NCBI GenBank assembly: GCA_965204535.1
Contig: CBDBEV010000001.1
Coordinates: forward strand, 2,496,001 to 2,560,000
DNA from: a bacterium
GTDB taxonomy: Bacteria > UBA8248
Length of the DNA: 64,000 nucleotides
Reading direction: 5' to 3'
This document shows, one piece after another, positions 48,376-58,501 of this stretch. A model generated the notes under the pieces. That model was not told where the DNA came from. It saw nothing but the letters and a program-made list of their open reading frames with translations, and made no database searches. The position numbers were made by a program, and so were the translations under genes. Positions within the stretch are counted from its first letter, which is position 1; the number at the start of each line of letters is the position of its first letter.

Positions 48376-50049
48376 TTAGTTCTCCAGGCGTTCGTATTCG
48401 ATGTGGGCGTCGATCAGGTACGGCTTGCCGCCCGCCAGCCCTTTCCCCACGGCCTCTTTGAATTCGGCAGGTGTTTTCGCCCGGATGGCGCTCACGCCCA
48501 TGGATTGGGCCATCTGGATGAAATCGAGTTCGGGCTCCTTGAAATCCATGGCGACGAATTGCCGGTGCTCCTGCGTTTTGCCGTCGAGTCTCAGGACCCG
48601 CTCTTTGAGAATCCGGTAGCTCTTGTTGTTGAGGATCACGAACAATGCGTCGAGATCATATTTCGCGGCGCTCCAGAGCGCCTGGATGGCGTACATCGCG
48701 GAACCGTCTCCCGAGAGGCAGACCACGGGCGTATCGGGCAAAGCCTTTTTGACGCCCAGCGCACTGGGCAGCCCGAGACCGATGCCGCCTCCCTTCATGC
48801 CGAAGATGGAATCTATCTTGTCGGCGATCGCGCTCTTGAGGCCTCCGCCGTGCCCCATGGTGAGGGATTCATCCACCAGCGCCGTTCCCTGGGGCAGGGC
48901 CTCTCCGAAAGCGGCCTGGAAAGTCTCTTTCGTCAAGGGGCCACTATCGTCGCCCGCCTTGGGGGCGATCTCCCTTCTCGAGGCCGCCAGTTCCTTCTCG
49001 ATCCACACACGGCGCTCGGCAGCACTTTGCAGGCCCGCTTCGCCCATTTTCTTCTCCACCGCCCCGGTGAGTTCTGTGAGCGTGGTCTTGGGGTCTCCCA
49101 GCATGGCGACGTCGACGGGGAAGTTCTTGCCGATCTCCCAGGGGTCCAGGTCCAGATGAATGATTTGGGCGCCGCGCGGCGCAAGCGGCCCCTCCGGCGG
49201 GAAGGAGAAAGTGTAGGTCTCCGTGCCGATGAAGAACACGACGTCCGCGTCTTCTATCTGATCCAGCAGCGGCTCGATTGTGTTCAGGAGTTCTCCCGCA
49301 TACAGGGGATGGGTGAGGGAGACCGAGAGGGAGTTCGGGCGGTTGTCGGAAAACACCTTCGCCCCGATGCGCTCCGCCAGCCGGGTGACTTCGCCCACCG
49401 CGCCCGAGCGGGTGACGCGCGAGCCGGTGACGATGTAGGGGTTCTCGGCTTCTGCGAGGGTCTGCGCCGCGCGGTCGATGGATTCCGCAGGTGCTGAAAA
49501 CGCGCTCGAAAGCCGCGTGGGGCGGCCCGTAAGCCCTCCCGTCTCGGCGAGCATGACGTCGCCGGGAAGCGAGAGGAAGACCGGACCCGTGGGCGGCGTG
49601 AGCGCGTATTTGATCGCCCGGCGGACGCTTTGCTCCAGATCCTCCACCCGGCGGACCTCGTAGGACCATTTGGTGAGCGGCTCCGCCATGCGCGGCAGAT
49701 CGTCCCAGAGTACGGGTTCCGAGAGTTGGCCGCGCTGTCCCTGGTTGCCCGCCGTGACGATGAGTGGCGTGCCGGCCCGCTTGATGTTGTAGAGCATTCC
49801 CATGGCGTTGCCGAGGCCGGGCGCGACGTGGAGGTTCACCACGCCCACGCCGCCCGTGGCGTAGGCGTAGCCCTCCGCCGCGCCGATGGTGACGGACTCC
49901 TGGAGGCAGAGGATGTAATCGAGCCTGCTCTCGTTCACCAGCGCGTCCATGAGGGGCAGCTCGGTGGTGCCCGGGTTGCCGAACATGCAGTCGACGCCCT
50001 CGTCGATGAGTGTTTCCAGGAACAGGTCCGAGCCGTTGCCTCTGTTCAT
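48376..50049 (-). CDS. Thiamine-pyrophosphate enzyme, benzoylformate decarboxylase-like
   Basis: FGNPGTTELP, NLHVAPGLGNA and GDGSAMY...NN motifs. Confidence 0.9.
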   Translation of the reverse strand: MNRGNGSDLFLETLIDEGVDCMFGNPGTTELPLMDALVNESRLDYILCLQESVTIGAAEGYAYATGGVGVVNLHVAPGLGNAMGMLYNIKRAGTPLIVTAGNQGQRGQLSEPVLWDDLPRMAEPLTKWSYEVRRVEDLEQSVRRAIKYALTPPTGPVFLSLPGDVMLAETGGLTGRPTRLSSAFSAPAESIDRAAQTLAEAENPYIVTGSRVTRSGAVGEVTRLAERIGAKVFSDNRPNSLSVSLTHPLYAGELLNTIEPLLDQIEDADVVFFIGTETYTFSFPPEGPLAPRGAQIIHLDLDPWEIGKNFPVDVAMLGDPKTTLTELTGAVEKKMGEAGLQSAAERRVWIEKELAASRREIAPKAGDDSGPLTKETFQAAFGEALPQGTALVDESLTMGHGGGLKSAIADKIDSIFGMKGGGIGLGLPSALGVKKALPDTPVVCLSGDGSAMYAIQALWSAAKYDLDALFVILNNKSYRILKERVLRLDGKTQEHRQFVAMDFKEPELDFIQMAQSMGVSAIRAKTPAEFKEAVGKGLAGGKPYLIDAHIEYERLEN

Positions 50050-50082
50050 GTGTTCTCCCTCGCGAGAAATTTTTAGACCAGG

Positions 50083-51258
50083 TTAGAAGATGGATGCCGC
50101 CTCATTCTGACTCAAAACGAAGTTCGACGCCATTTGCAGGCACTTCTCCGTGCTGGGCGGCATCACCAGCGCGGCCCTGGCGTCGCGATGGAACCGCTGG
50201 AGCGGCTTGTCGTTCAACAGGCCGGGGCCTCCCGCGATTTTGAGCGCCTTTTCCGTCATGGAGGCCGCGGCTTCGGAGGCGGTGTATTTCGCCTCGTTGA
50301 TGAAGGGAATGGCCTTGGCCGCCCCCTCGGTTTCCAGCACCCAGGCGGCTTTCTGGATCATGATGAGCGCGGTCTCATAAGCGATTTTCATCTCCCCGAT
50401 CTGGCGCTGAATCGCCGGGTAGCTCGCAATGGGCACGTTGTCGGGTAGGAGTTTGCGCTTGAGCGCGTAGTCCACAATCCAGTCCAGCGCAGCGGCGCCC
50501 GCGCCCAGGTAGACGGCGGCGTAGCCCAGTCCGAACCTCGGCACGAAGTCTGGCTGGAGGATGCCCTCGCCCGTGCCCACGATGTTGCGCGCCGGAACCC
50601 GCACGTCCTCATAGGCAAGCGCGTGGCTGGCCGTGCCCCGCATGGCGAAGGCGTCCCAGCGGCTGGGGATGGTGATGCCGCCCAAGTTCTTGTCCAGTAC
50701 CGCCCAGCGCAGGCCGGCCTGGAGTTCCTCGACGCCTTCGAGCAGACACCAGAGCACATAATAATCCGCCTCACCGGCCATGGAGCAAAAATACTTCTGA
50801 CCGTTGATGAGGTATTCATTACCCTCTTTGCGCGCGCGCGTGGTGATGGTGCGGTTCCACTGGGGGCTGGAGGCCGCCTCGCCCGCGTGGCTGCCAAAGA
50901 TGGCCCCGTTCTGGGCTGCCTCGGCGAATCGGCTTTTTTGTTCTTCATTCGAGAGCGTGAGGAGAAAGTAGAGAATCGAGCTGTGCATGTGGAGGGTCAT
51001 GGCGGTGTTCGTGCAGCCCTTGCTCAGTTCGTGGAACACCATGGTGTAGCAGACCGGGTCGCTCCAGAGCGCCCGGCCCCCGTGGGATTCGGGCAGCGTG
51101 AGGCGCGTGAAGCCCGCCCGGATCAATGCGTCGAAGCTCTCTCTCGGAAAGCGTTGCTCCTGATCGCATTCGTCCGCGTAGGTAGCCAGTACGTCTCGGG
51201 CGATATCTGCGGCCTTGTCGATCAGAGCCTCGTTTTCCGGGTTTATGCGTAGGTCCAT
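50083..51258 (-). CDS. Acyl-CoA dehydrogenase-superfamily flavoprotein (paralog A)
   Basis: INGQKYFCS, MRGTAS and LQRFHRDA motifs. Confidence 0.88.
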   Translation of the reverse strand: MDLRINPENEALIDKAADIARDVLATYADECDQEQRFPRESFDALIRAGFTRLTLPESHGGRALWSDPVCYTMVFHELSKGCTNTAMTLHMHSSILYFLLTLSNEEQKSRFAEAAQNGAIFGSHAGEAASSPQWNRTITTRARKEGNEYLINGQKYFCSMAGEADYYVLWCLLEGVEELQAGLRWAVLDKNLGGITIPSRWDAFAMRGTASHALAYEDVRVPARNIVGTGEGILQPDFVPRFGLGYAAVYLGAGAAALDWIVDYALKRKLLPDNVPIASYPAIQRQIGEMKIAYETALIMIQKAAWVLETEGAAKAIPFINEAKYTASEAAASMTEKALKIAGGPGLLNDKPLQRFHRDARAALVMPPSTEKCLQMASNFVLSQNEAASIF

Positions 51259-51294
51259 GAATTCTCGTAGTAGTGCTCGATAATGAAAATGGTT

Positions 51295-52866
51295 TTACGT
51301 TTTCTCTTTCAGCAAACGGCGCAGTATTTTCCCGCTTCCCGACTTCGGGATGACGTCGATGAAGGCCACCGCTCGAATGTGTTTGTAGCCCGCAACTTTT
51401 TCGTTCACGAATTCCATCAGGGCCTCTTCGTCGACCTGTACGCCTTCTTTGGGCACCACGAAGGCCATGGGGACCTCACCGGCTTCGGGATCCTCACGGG
51501 GGACGACGGCCGCGTCCGCGACGTCGGGGTGTAGGTGCAGACACGCTTCCAACTCGGCGGGCGCGACGGCGAAGCCCTTATATTTGATCATCTCCTTTTT
51601 CCTGTCCATCAGATAGACGTAGCCCCCCTCGTCCACCCGCCCGATGTCGCCCGTATGGAGCCAGCCGTCGCGCAGCGCCTCGGCGGTGGCCTCGGGCGCG
51701 TTCCAGTAGCCTTTCATGATGTGGGGCCCCTTGATGATCAACTCGCCCGCCTCGCCCACGGGCAGTTCCTTGGTTCCCGTTTCCACGTCGACGATTTTCT
51801 GCTCCTGATCGGAGACGGGAGGCCCCACGGATTCCTCCCGGATCAGCGCTTCCTCCGGCGGATTCATGTGCGTGAGCGGCGAGGCTTCGGTGAGGCCGTA
51901 GCCCATGAAGGTGAGCACGCCCGTCCTCTCCTGCACGACGCGCCTCACCTCGGGCGGCAGGGGTGCTGCGCCGCTCATGATGTATCTCAAGGAGGAAAGG
52001 TCGTAGTCGCCCAGGTTTTCATGGTGCGCGATGGCCAGGAGCGCGGGCGGTACGCCATAGAAGAGCGTGAGTTTGTATTCTTCCACGAGGCGCAGGGCGT
52101 CGGGCACGGTGAAGCGTTTCATCAGCACGTGGGTGGCGCCGGCGAGAATCAACGCACCCATGATCAGCGCGCCGTAGATGTGATAGAGCGGCAGGAACAG
52201 GAGGCCCGAATCTTGGTCGGTGATGTGATGGTTCGCCACGCACTGGTGGTAATTCGACACCAGATTCCTGTGGGTGAGCATCACGCCTTTCGGGAGGCCC
52301 GTCGTGCCGCTCGAATAGGGCAGGGCGATTAAGTCCTCCGCGGTGTCGATTTGCGGTTCGGGGAGGTTCTCGGTGGAATGCGCGCCTATCCATTCCTCGA
52401 AGCGGGCGTCTCCTTCGTCGCCGTCCGTGACGATGATGGCTTCGAGCGCCGGGAGTTGCTTTTGCACTTCCCGAACCACGGCGGCACCCTCGGCCGTCGT
52501 GATCAGAATCTTCGCACCCGAATCGTTTAGCTGGTACGCGGCTTCGGCTTCCTTGTAGGCGGGGTTCATCGGCGTGAAGACGGCGCCTATCTTCGATGCG
52601 CCGAAAGCGGCGATTTCGAATTCGGCCGAATTGGGCAGGAACAGGCCGACGCGGTCCCCGACCCCGATGCCCGATGCGAGCATGGCGTGGGTGCAGGCGT
52701 TCGAGAGCACGTCGAGTTCGCGAAAACTCATGTGGATATCACCGTCCACCAGGGCGACGGCGTCCGGGCGGCGAGCGCACGCCGTCTTGAGCAGACCGTG
52801 GAACGCGTAATCGGGATATTCGAGCGGGGGACGGAAATAGGGAGGAAGGTTTGCGCTTTCACTCAT
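51295..52866 (-). CDS. Acyl-CoA ligase (4-coumarate/long-chain fatty acid CoA ligase-like)
   Basis: YSSGTTGLPKG, GYGLTE, WLHTGD and PKSGSGKI motifs; start ATG 52866. Confidence 0.92.
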   Translation of the reverse strand: MSESANLPPYFRPPLEYPDYAFHGLLKTACARRPDAVALVDGDIHMSFRELDVLSNACTHAMLASGIGVGDRVGLFLPNSAEFEIAAFGASKIGAVFTPMNPAYKEAEAAYQLNDSGAKILITTAEGAAVVREVQKQLPALEAIIVTDGDEGDARFEEWIGAHSTENLPEPQIDTAEDLIALPYSSGTTGLPKGVMLTHRNLVSNYHQCVANHHITDQDSGLLFLPLYHIYGALIMGALILAGATHVLMKRFTVPDALRLVEEYKLTLFYGVPPALLAIAHHENLGDYDLSSLRYIMSGAAPLPPEVRRVVQERTGVLTFMGYGLTEASPLTHMNPPEEALIREESVGPPVSDQEQKIVDVETGTKELPVGEAGELIIKGPHIMKGYWNAPEATAEALRDGWLHTGDIGRVDEGGYVYLMDRKKEMIKYKGFAVAPAELEACLHLHPDVADAAVVPREDPEAGEVPMAFVVPKEGVQVDEEALMEFVNEKVAGYKHIRAVAFIDVIPKSGSGKILRRLLKEKT

Positions 52867-52886
52867 CGGTGTTGTTCCTCCATCCG

Positions 52887-54062
52887 TTATGAGCCCAGCA
52901 CGTTCGCGCTGCCTTCCAGCACGGTTTTGGCGGTGAGTTCCAGGCATTTTTCCGTGTTGGGCGGCATGATGAGGCCCGCTCTCGCCTCGCGGTGGAAGCG
53001 CTGGAGCGGATTGTGCCGGAACAGTCCCGGGCCGCCGGCCACCTTGATCGCCTTTTCCGTGATGAACGCGGAGGCTTCCGCGCAAACGTATTTCGCCTCG
53101 TTGATGGCGCCGTACGCCTTGTCCGCGCCGTGGGCGTTGATCATCCAGCCCGCCCTCTGGAGCATGAGTATCGCGCCCTCAAGCGCGATTTTCATCTCCC
53201 CGATCTGGCGCTGAATGGCGGGATATGAAGCGATGGGCACGTTGTCGGGCATGAGTTTTCGGTTTTGGGCGTAGTTGACCACCCAGTCGAAGGCGCCTCC
53301 GCCTGCGCCCAGGTAGACGGCGGAATAGCCGAACCCGAACTTGGGCAGAACGTCGGGGCGAATCGGGTCTCCGCCACGGCCCACGAGATCCTCCACCGGT
53401 ATCTTCACGTCGTCGTATATCATCGAGTGGCTCACCGTTCCGCGCATGGCGAAGGAGTTCCACTCCTGGTCTATCTTGAAGCCGGGGTTGTCCGAGGGCG
53501 CGATGAGAAGCCCCAGGCTTTTCGTGAGGTCTTCCTCGTCTTCGAGCTGCACCCAGAGGACGTAATAATCCGCCTCGCCGGCCATGGAGCAGAAGTATTT
53601 CCTGCCGTTGATCCGGTAGACGTCGCCGTCCCGAATCGCCTTCGTCTCCATGCGCCACACGCCGTGGAGGCTGGATGTGTTCTCGCTCGCGTAGCTCGCG
53701 ATGATCTTTCCGCTTCTTATGATTTCGCCGTACCTGCGCTTTTGCTCGTCCGTTCCCAGGTAGGTGATGACGTGGGAGATGGAACTGTGCATGTGGAAGA
53801 GCATGGCCGTGTTCGTGCAGCCCTTGGAAAGCTCGTAGAGGACCATCGAATAGGTGGCGGTGTCCTCGTAGAGATCTCTGCCGCCCTGGTCTTTCGGAAG
53901 CGTCAGGGAGGTGAATCCTTCTTTGGCCAGATCGTTGAAATTCTCGCGGGGGAAAATTCCTTCCTGGTCGATTTTCTCGGCTCTCGGGGCCAGGATTTCC
54001 TTCGCGTAGATTTTCGCGCGTTCGAGCAAATCTTCATTTTCAGGGTTGATACGAAAATCCAC
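52887..54062 (-). CDS. Acyl-CoA dehydrogenase-superfamily flavoprotein (paralog B)
   Basis: INGRKYFCS and MRGTVS motifs; clear paralog of 50083-51258. Confidence 0.88.
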   Translation of the reverse strand: MDFRINPENEDLLERAKIYAKEILAPRAEKIDQEGIFPRENFNDLAKEGFTSLTLPKDQGGRDLYEDTATYSMVLYELSKGCTNTAMLFHMHSSISHVITYLGTDEQKRRYGEIIRSGKIIASYASENTSSLHGVWRMETKAIRDGDVYRINGRKYFCSMAGEADYYVLWVQLEDEEDLTKSLGLLIAPSDNPGFKIDQEWNSFAMRGTVSHSMIYDDVKIPVEDLVGRGGDPIRPDVLPKFGFGYSAVYLGAGGGAFDWVVNYAQNRKLMPDNVPIASYPAIQRQIGEMKIALEGAILMLQRAGWMINAHGADKAYGAINEAKYVCAEASAFITEKAIKVAGGPGLFRHNPLQRFHREARAGLIMPPNTEKCLELTAKTVLEGSANVLGS

Positions 54063-54094
54063 CTGCCGGTTCCTTACCGTTCACGAAATGGAAT

Positions 54095-55252
54095 CTACGC
54101 GCCGCCGATGTTCCAGCCCCGTCCCTCGTCGCCGTAGCCAACCGACCCGTCTTCGGTGACGACCACCGTGTCCTCGAGTTTCACGAAGCCGACCTCGGGG
54201 TTTTTCATATCGGTTTCGATGGACACCACCATTCCGGGTTCGAGACCCCTGGTTTCATAGGTGGCGGGGTAGGGCACGACGCCCGAGGAGGTGAGGTGCG
54301 GTGCTTCGTGCTGGATGATGCCCATGCCGTGCGCAAGGAAGACCATCTGGTCGTCGTGTTCGCACTTGGCCTGCTCGGCGTGGGCGGCTTCATAGATTTC
54401 CTGTCCCGTGACTCCCGGGCGTACGACCGCGCGCGCGGCCGTCTGCACCGCTTGGATTTCGCCGAGTAAATCCTCCATGAGCGGCGTGGGCTCGCCCATG
54501 ACGGCCATGCGGCACAGATCGCCCAGGTATCCCTGCTTGTTCCCGCCCGAATCGAGCGAGAGAATGTTTCCCTCATCCCAGGTGGCGTTCGAGGGGGCGC
54601 GGTTGTAGCTGGGCCCCGTGCAGGTGAGGCAGTACTCGAAATCGAGTCCCCTTTGGGTCTCGAGTTTTTTCATCTCGTCGGCGACCTCGTACATGGTGGT
54701 TCCCGGAGGCGTGCTCTTCATGACGTCGAGCATGCACTCGACGATGACTTCTGAGGCTTCTTTGAGGAGAGTGAGCTCGTGGGGCTGCTTCACGGCCCGG
54801 AGTTCTTCGAGCAGGTAGACGGCGTCGATGAATTTGGCGTCGGGCAACTCCTCCTGAAGCGCCTCGTATGAATCCGCCGGCAGAAAGCATTTCTCCACCG
54901 CCACTGTGCCTTTCTCGTGGCCGAGCCTGCGGATGAAATCGGCCGCGTCCTTGCCGGCCTGATCGGTGTGCCACTGGTTGTTTCGCTTCTCGGGCACCCA
55001 CAGGGGTTCGACTTCCTGCTGCCAGCCTTCCATGATGTTCCCGATGTAGAACGCCTTGTCGGGCGCGCCCTTCGGGAGGCCCACTATCGGCTGGTAGCGG
55101 CTGACGCCGATGGCGTCCTTGTGGGCGAAGAAAAAGAATTGATAGCCGCCGAGCAGGTAGCGGACGTTTTCCTTCGAAGTGGCGAGAACAACGTCCGCTC
55201 CCTGGTCTTCCATCAAGGCGCTGAGCTTGTTGTCGTCAAAGGGCAGGTTCAT
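54095..55252 (-). CDS. M24 (Xaa-Pro peptidase/creatinase) family hydrolase
   Basis: LRAVK, SLDSGG..GYLGDLCR, AHGMG, SIET and KLEDTVVV motifs. Confidence 0.85.
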   Translation of the reverse strand: MNLPFDDNKLSALMEDQGADVVLATSKENVRYLLGGYQFFFFAHKDAIGVSRYQPIVGLPKGAPDKAFYIGNIMEGWQQEVEPLWVPEKRNNQWHTDQAGKDAADFIRRLGHEKGTVAVEKCFLPADSYEALQEELPDAKFIDAVYLLEELRAVKQPHELTLLKEASEVIVECMLDVMKSTPPGTTMYEVADEMKKLETQRGLDFEYCLTCTGPSYNRAPSNATWDEGNILSLDSGGNKQGYLGDLCRMAVMGEPTPLMEDLLGEIQAVQTAARAVVRPGVTGQEIYEAAHAEQAKCEHDDQMVFLAHGMGIIQHEAPHLTSSGVVPYPATYETRGLEPGMVVSIETDMKNPEVGFVKLEDTVVVTEDGSVGYGDEGRGWNIGGA

Positions 55253-55517
55253 GGCGGTTTCCTCTCGAATATGGGATATCCCGGATTCGGTTTTCATTAT
55301 TTAGGTCGAGAACATGCGGTACTCATCTCCACGAAATCGAATAGGCGGCAGAAAATGCGCTGTCTCGACCATCGCTCGAACAATGACTCATGAACCGAAA
55401 AAGGGTGTCATGCAGGGCGGAAAAATGCAAGCGGAGCGTTGGAGCGAGCAGCGTTTCAACCGATGTGCGCCAAAGGAAAGGAATGACGATGCGCGGGCTT
55501 TTTTCCTTTGACAAGAA

Positions 55518-56267
55518 TCAACCTCCCATGGCGATGCCGCCGTTCACGTCCAGGCAGATGCCCGTGATGTATTCCGCCTCGTCCGAGGCGAGGAAGAGCG
55601 CGGCATTGGCCACGTCCAGCGGCCTGCCCACGCGGCCAAGCGGAATCTGCTTGACTATCTCATCCTGGCGGGCGGGGAGCCATTCGTCGGTGAGCGGCGT
55701 GGTCGTGGGGCCAGGTGCTATGGCGTTCACGGTGACGCCGTAGGGCCCAAGCGTCTTGGCGAGCGAGCGCGTGAGGCCGATGACGCCCGCTTTCGCCGAG
55801 GTGTAGGGAATCCCGCCCGCGAAGCCGCCCGAACGCCATGCGGAGGAGGAGAGGTTGACGATGCGGCCATAGCGCCTCTCCATCATGTGCTCGGAGACGG
55901 CGCGGGCGCAGAGGTATTCTCCTTTCAGGTTCACGTCGATCACGGCGTCCCAGTCATCTTCGGTGTATTCGAGATATTCCTTCTTGGGGGAAATCCCTGC
56001 GTTGTTGACGAGGATGTCGATTCTGCCGAACGCTTCCAGGCAGGATTCGGCCATCTCCCCCACGGCGGCGGAATCCGAAACGTCGGCCTCGCAAGCCAGT
56101 ACGCCGGATGCGCCCGTGGAGAGTTCGTTCGAGAGGGCTTCCACAGCTTCTGCGTTTCGATCGCAGACGAGCAAAGACGCGCCCTCCGCCACGAAACGCC
56201 TGGCGATGGCCTCGCCCAAGCCGCTTCCCGCTCCCGTGATGATGGCCGCCTTGTCCTTCAGCCGCAT
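55518..56267 (-). CDS. SDR oxidoreductase (FabG-like)
   Basis: TGAGSGLG, NNAG and YTSAK motifs. Confidence 0.92.
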   Translation of the reverse strand: MRLKDKAAIITGAGSGLGEAIARRFVAEGASLLVCDRNAEAVEALSNELSTGASGVLACEADVSDSAAVGEMAESCLEAFGRIDILVNNAGISPKKEYLEYTEDDWDAVIDVNLKGEYLCARAVSEHMMERRYGRIVNLSSSAWRSGGFAGGIPYTSAKAGVIGLTRSLAKTLGPYGVTVNAIAPGPTTTPLTDEWLPARQDEIVKQIPLGRVGRPLDVANAALFLASDEAEYITGICLDVNGGIAMGG

Positions 56268-56280
56268 GCGGGTCTCCTGT

Positions 56281-57057
56281 TTAGAATTGAACGAAGCCGC
56301 CGTCCACGTTGATGGCTTGGCCGGTGATGCCGCCCGAGTCCTCACACGCCAGAAGAAGCGCGAGCGGAGCGCATTCTTCCGATTCGATAAAACGCTTCAT
56401 CGGCACCCTGTTGCGCAACTCCTCCGCCTGTTCCTCAAAAGTCTTGCCCGTCTCGTCGGCCCATTTCTGGATGCTCTCCTCGAACATGCCGGTGGAGACG
56501 AAAGTGGGGCAGATGCAGTTCGCCGTGACCCCAAACGGGGCGACTTCTGCGGAGAGTGCTTTGGTGAGGCCCAGAACGGCGTGTTTTGACGCCGCGTAGG
56601 CGCTCCGGTAGGCTAGGCCGATTTTGCCCGAAACCGAGGCGACGTTGATGATTTTTCCGGATTTGCGCTCGAGCATCGAGGGCAGGACTTCGCGGATCGC
56701 CGTGAATGGCGCCTTCGCGTTGATTTGCATGGTGCGCTCCCACACCTCGTCGGGGAGTTGGTGGACCGCCTCAAAACTCACGATACCCGCATTGTTCACG
56801 AGGATGTCGACCGGACCGAGCATGTCGACCGTCTTGCGCAGCGAATCGAGAATGTCTTCGTCCTTCATGACGTCGCACGGGCAGACGAGCGCCTTTCGCC
56901 CCATGGACTCGATTTCTTTTGCGAGCGCTTCCAGTTTATCCACGGAGCGGGCGGCCAGGGCGAGGTTCGCTCCCTCGCTGGCGTAGGTGCGCGCAATCGC
57001 GCCGCCGATGCCTCCGGATGCGCCCGTGATGAATGCGACTTTGCCTTCGAGTTTCAT
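56281..57057 (-). CDS. SDR oxidoreductase (3-hydroxybutyrate dehydrogenase-like)
   Basis: TGASGGIG, NNAG and YAASKH motifs. Confidence 0.92.
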   Translation of the reverse strand: MKLEGKVAFITGASGGIGGAIARTYASEGANLALAARSVDKLEALAKEIESMGRKALVCPCDVMKDEDILDSLRKTVDMLGPVDILVNNAGIVSFEAVHQLPDEVWERTMQINAKAPFTAIREVLPSMLERKSGKIINVASVSGKIGLAYRSAYAASKHAVLGLTKALSAEVAPFGVTANCICPTFVSTGMFEESIQKWADETGKTFEEQAEELRNRVPMKRFIESEECAPLALLLACEDSGGITGQAINVDGGFVQF

Positions 57058-57120
57058 GTTCTCTCCTATTTCATGAATAATTCCGATGCTTCGTGCGTGT
57101 TTCGCCCCAACGACGCTCTC

Positions 57121-58383
57121 TCAGCAGACTTCCCGGATAATAGCCTCGAACTCCTCGTTTCCCAGCTGCCGCTTGCGCCAGCGGATCTCCGCGCGGACCC
57201 GCTCGACCACGTCTTTTTCCTTCTCCTGCGGAAGATTGAGACCCAGTTCCCGTGCCTTCGTGCGTATGGCCCACTCGCCCGAATAATGACCCAGCAGGTT
57301 GTGCATGCCGTTTCCGAACATTCCGGGTTTCATGCACGAATACGCCCAGAAGCCCTCTTCCGTATCGGGCACGCAGTAGTGCACCTCGACCAGGTGGGAG
57401 AACGCCGTCTTGCCGACGAAGGGCATGGTGTCCGTCATGGGCCACTTCATGATGTCGGAGACGAGTCTGGAGAGTTCATACATTTTCTCGAGTTTGATCC
57501 CGCAGTCGATGCCGTAGTAGAGCTGAATCACGGCGGCGACTTCGGCGAGAGGCGCAATGTGCGCGCGCTCGCCCAAGCCGTTCACGCAGGCGTCGATGAG
57601 TTCGGCGCCGCCCTCCAGCCCTGCATACAAGGCGGCGCAGGCCAGGCCGATGTCATTGTGGGTGTGGAGGCCGATTTGCGTGCCGGGTAGCAGGCGCTTC
57701 ATCTCGCGAACGACATAGGTGTATACCGGCGTGATCGCCATGCCGTTGATGTCGTCGAGCTTGATCATGTCCGCGCCCGAGTCCACGAGTTTGCCGCATA
57801 CTTCGGCAAGGCGTTCGATAGGTATGCGCGTGCAGTCTTGGATCAGGCAGCCCACCTTCCTCTCGGGGCCCGATTTCTCCCGGGCGTAGGCCACCGAACC
57901 GCAGGCGCGCTCGATGGCCTGCTCGATGGTGATGTCCGGGTCGCCCGCCATCGATTCGAACAGGCACATCTGGTTCGGGGAGAAGGAAAAGCAAAGGGTC
58001 GTGTAGTCAGCACCATGCTCCACGTTCATATCCACTTCCACCTTGGCGAGTTCGGGATTGAGCACGGCGGTGGGATGCACGAGCGCCTCCACGATGAGGT
58101 CGGGGTGGCGTTTTTTGACTTCTTCCATCTCCAGCGGGTCGTCGTGGTGCATCTGCACCATGCTCACGCCTGCGTCGACGAGCGCATCGGCGATGCGGAT
58201 CACCTCATCCCGCCGCAGGGACACGCCGGGCAGCTGCCTGCCTTCCCTCAGGGTGATGTCGCAAAGCTGGAATTTCTCCGGCAGCGTCATCTGCGAGCGG
58301 ATTTCGTCTGAGAAACAATGCTGCGAAATCCGCCAGTTCTCGGTGGTGGGTTCCAGATTGCTGTTCACGGGATAGCCTGGCAT
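57121..58383 (-). CDS. DRE-TIM metallolyase (LeuA/homocitrate synthase-like, no regulatory domain)
   Basis: DITLREGRQ, HTHND and NGLGERA motifs. Confidence 0.85.
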   Translation of the reverse strand: MPGYPVNSNLEPTTENWRISQHCFSDEIRSQMTLPEKFQLCDITLREGRQLPGVSLRRDEVIRIADALVDAGVSMVQMHHDDPLEMEEVKKRHPDLIVEALVHPTAVLNPELAKVEVDMNVEHGADYTTLCFSFSPNQMCLFESMAGDPDITIEQAIERACGSVAYAREKSGPERKVGCLIQDCTRIPIERLAEVCGKLVDSGADMIKLDDINGMAITPVYTYVVREMKRLLPGTQIGLHTHNDIGLACAALYAGLEGGAELIDACVNGLGERAHIAPLAEVAAVIQLYYGIDCGIKLEKMYELSRLVSDIMKWPMTDTMPFVGKTAFSHLVEVHYCVPDTEEGFWAYSCMKPGMFGNGMHNLLGHYSGEWAIRTKARELGLNLPQEKEKDVVERVRAEIRWRKRQLGNEEFEAIIREVC

Positions 58384-58501
58384 TACAACCTCCTTTTACG
58401 GGATTTCATCGCCGATGCGGGATCGGAAAAAAGAGAACTTCAATTCACTCTCAGCTTTATGCCTTCTCAAAAGACATACCAATGTTTGTTTTTTCCGCCT
58501 C

